A DNA stretch of 64,000 nt from assembly GCF_001194135.2 (NCBI RefSeq), contig NC_068998.1, forward strand, positions 21,770,753 to 21,834,752, in the 5' to 3' direction. Shown in pieces: positions 63,183 to 64,000 of the stretch (position 1 is its first letter; each line of letters starts with the position of its first letter). The translations under genes were made by a program, and so were the position numbers. Origin of the DNA: Octopus bimaculoides. Its lineage: Eukaryota. The notes under the pieces are model-generated. The model ran no database searches and was not told where the DNA came from. It saw only the letters and a program-made list of their open reading frames with translations.

Positions 63183-63958
63183 GTAGCACTGTGGTGAGCA
63201 GTTTGCTTTCCACCCATATAGCTCTGGTTCCAGTCGTTCTGCGTAGCAAGTTGGGAAAATATCTCCTCCTATAACCCCGGGCCGATTAAAGAGTTGTGAG
63301 TGTATTTGATAGACGTCAACGGAAAGAGTCCCGTTATAAATGTGTATGTATCTATGTGCGTGTGTTTGTGCCTATGTCGTCCCCTATCAAACGGTGCTGG
63401 TGATTACGTACCTGTAACGGAGCAGTTCGGCGAAGTTATAGCTAGAATTGTTGGCACTCCGTCGCTTACGACGTCAGTGATTACAGTTGATCCGATCAAC
63501 GGAACAGCCTGCTCGTGAAATTAACGTGCAAGTGGCTGAGCACTCCACAGACACGTGTACCCTTAATGTAGTTCGCGGGGATATTCATCGTGACACAGAG
63601 TGTGACAAGGCTGACCCTTTGAATTACAGGCACAACAGAAACAGGAAGTAAGAGTGAGAGAAAGTTGTGGTGGAAGATTACAGCAGGGTTCGCCACAATC
63701 CCCTACCGGAGCCTCGTGGAGCTTTTAGGTGTTTTCGCTCAATAAACACTCACAACGCCCGGTCTGGGAATCGAAACCGCGATCCTATGACCGCGAGTCC
63801 GCTGCCTTAACCGCTGGGCCATTGCGCCCCCACTATAGCTAGAATATATACCAGACTTAAGCAAGAATACTGGGGTCGATTTGTTCGAATAAAATTCTTC
63901 AAAGGCATTGTTGCAGCATGACTGCAGTCTAATGACGCAAACAAGCAGAAGATAAAAG
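63183..63958 (+). mobile_element. Old SINE family A copy split by a younger SINE insertion
   Basis: Head and body at 63183-63448 and tail 63846-63958 (GGGGTCGATTTGTTCGA..GCATGACTGCAGTCTAATGAC) are contiguous once the insert and one TSD are removed. Confidence 0.85.
63449..63833 (-). mobile_element. Young full-length tRNA-Arg-like SINE (same family as 27428) with a 12-bp TSD
   Basis: Minus strand GTGGGGGCGCAATGGCCCAGCGGTTAAGGCAGCGGACTCGCGG..GGTTTCGATTCCC..GACGGAGTGCCAACA; TSD TATAGCTAGAAT at 63437-63448 and 63834-63845. Confidence 0.96.
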
Positions 63959-64000
63959 TCACGTTCACGGTTGTTTTATAGTTGCAAATTTATAGCAGCT

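Overview
AT-rich, repeat-dense metazoan genomic DNA with nine assembly gaps, almost all flanked by dinucleotide microsatellites. The repeat repertoire resembles that of Octopus (coleoid cephalopod); this is inferred from the repeat families, not from a database search. No long intact protein-coding ORF is present, and most ORF-track entries are microsatellite or N-run artefacts. The window is a graveyard of mobile elements. It holds three restriction-like-endonuclease (R4-type) LINE fragments, an RTE LINE fragment and Penelope-like (RT/GIY-YIG) remnants. It also holds two DD34D mariner copies (one full length with TIRs and TA TSD), a tail-to-tail pair of a second mariner, DD37D/maT-like and Tc1 remnants, a Helitron N-terminal fragment, a solo LTR with a 5-bp TSD, two MITE-like foldbacks and at least four tRNA-derived SINE families, including a nested SINE with a perfect 12-bp TSD. 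Two observations stand out. First, there is a set of minimal type I hammerhead-ribozyme motifs with palindromic stem III; one is near-intact (44241-44289) and one lies downstream of a tRNA-like Pol III promoter (52663-52869). Second, six phase-compatible small exon candidates (17-63 nt) on the + strand between 26.6 and 50.9 kb may belong to an unrecognised host gene whose introns make up this window; this is speculative.
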